Positions 63,855 to 64,000 of a DNA stretch of 64,000 nucleotides are shown one piece after another. Positions within the stretch are counted from its first letter, which is position 1, and each line of letters begins with the position of its first letter. A model generated the notes under the pieces. That model was not told where the DNA came from. It saw only the letters and a list, made by a program, of their open reading frames with translations, and searched no databases. The stretch is from an uncultured delta proteobacterium (GTDB lineage Bacteria > Desulfobacterota > Binatia > Binatales > Binataceae), in assembly GCA_963808235.1 (NCBI GenBank), contig CAWEEQ010000003.1, forward strand, positions 1 through 64,000, in the 5' to 3' direction. The position numbers were made by a program, and so were the translations under genes.

Positions 63855-64000
63855 TTAATTATCGCGGGCCGGCTTCACCATTTGGTGCTCGAAAGCCGAG
63901 GACATCGTGGCGAGCGTATCGGCCTCGGCGGGCGTCTTGTCGTCGCGAATCCGCACGATTCGCGCGAATCGTAACGCGATGCCTCCTTCGTACTGCGGAC
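63855..64000 (-). CDS. ATP-dependent DNA ligase, C-terminal end (truncated by window edge)
   Basis: - strand reads [29 protein letters not shown]...DN*; ligase motif VI. Confidence 0.85.
   Translation of the reverse strand, partial: PQYEGGIALRFARIVRIRDDKTPAEADTLATMSSAFEHQMVKPARDN

Overview
GC-rich bacterial chromosomal window. Gene content and style (many luciferase-like monooxygenases, Thr-rich 'choice-of-anchor D'-type surface proteins, MNPRHAAALALVGWYL small proteins) suggest Candidatus Binatota/Binataceae; this is an inference. About 60 CDS, mostly housekeeping (glnA, pgpA-cinA, engB, murI, secA, argJ, ruvX, mltG, a MoxR-vWA cluster, partial M1 aminopeptidase and ATP-dependent DNA ligase at the edges). 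At least eight genes carry small frameshifts, most likely long-read assembly errors. Two regions stand out. (1) 18296-23573 (- strand): a sigma54-promoter-led operon joining an intramembrane-type histidine kinase with Trp-rich repeats, an NtrC-family activator, an ICMT/PEMT-like methyltransferase, PspA, a LiaF-like protein and a lipoprotein, i.e. a Psp/Lia hybrid envelope-stress module. (2) 43040-46330: a repeat-dense island where two paralogous small secreted proteins with constant ends and a variable core sit inside long nested imperfect inverted repeats, next to a ~410-nt hairpin-rich element and a 54-bp exact direct repeat. A nitrosocyanin-like cupredoxin with a predicted His3Cys site is also notable. 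No rRNA, tRNA, CRISPR array, integrase or transposase was recognised.
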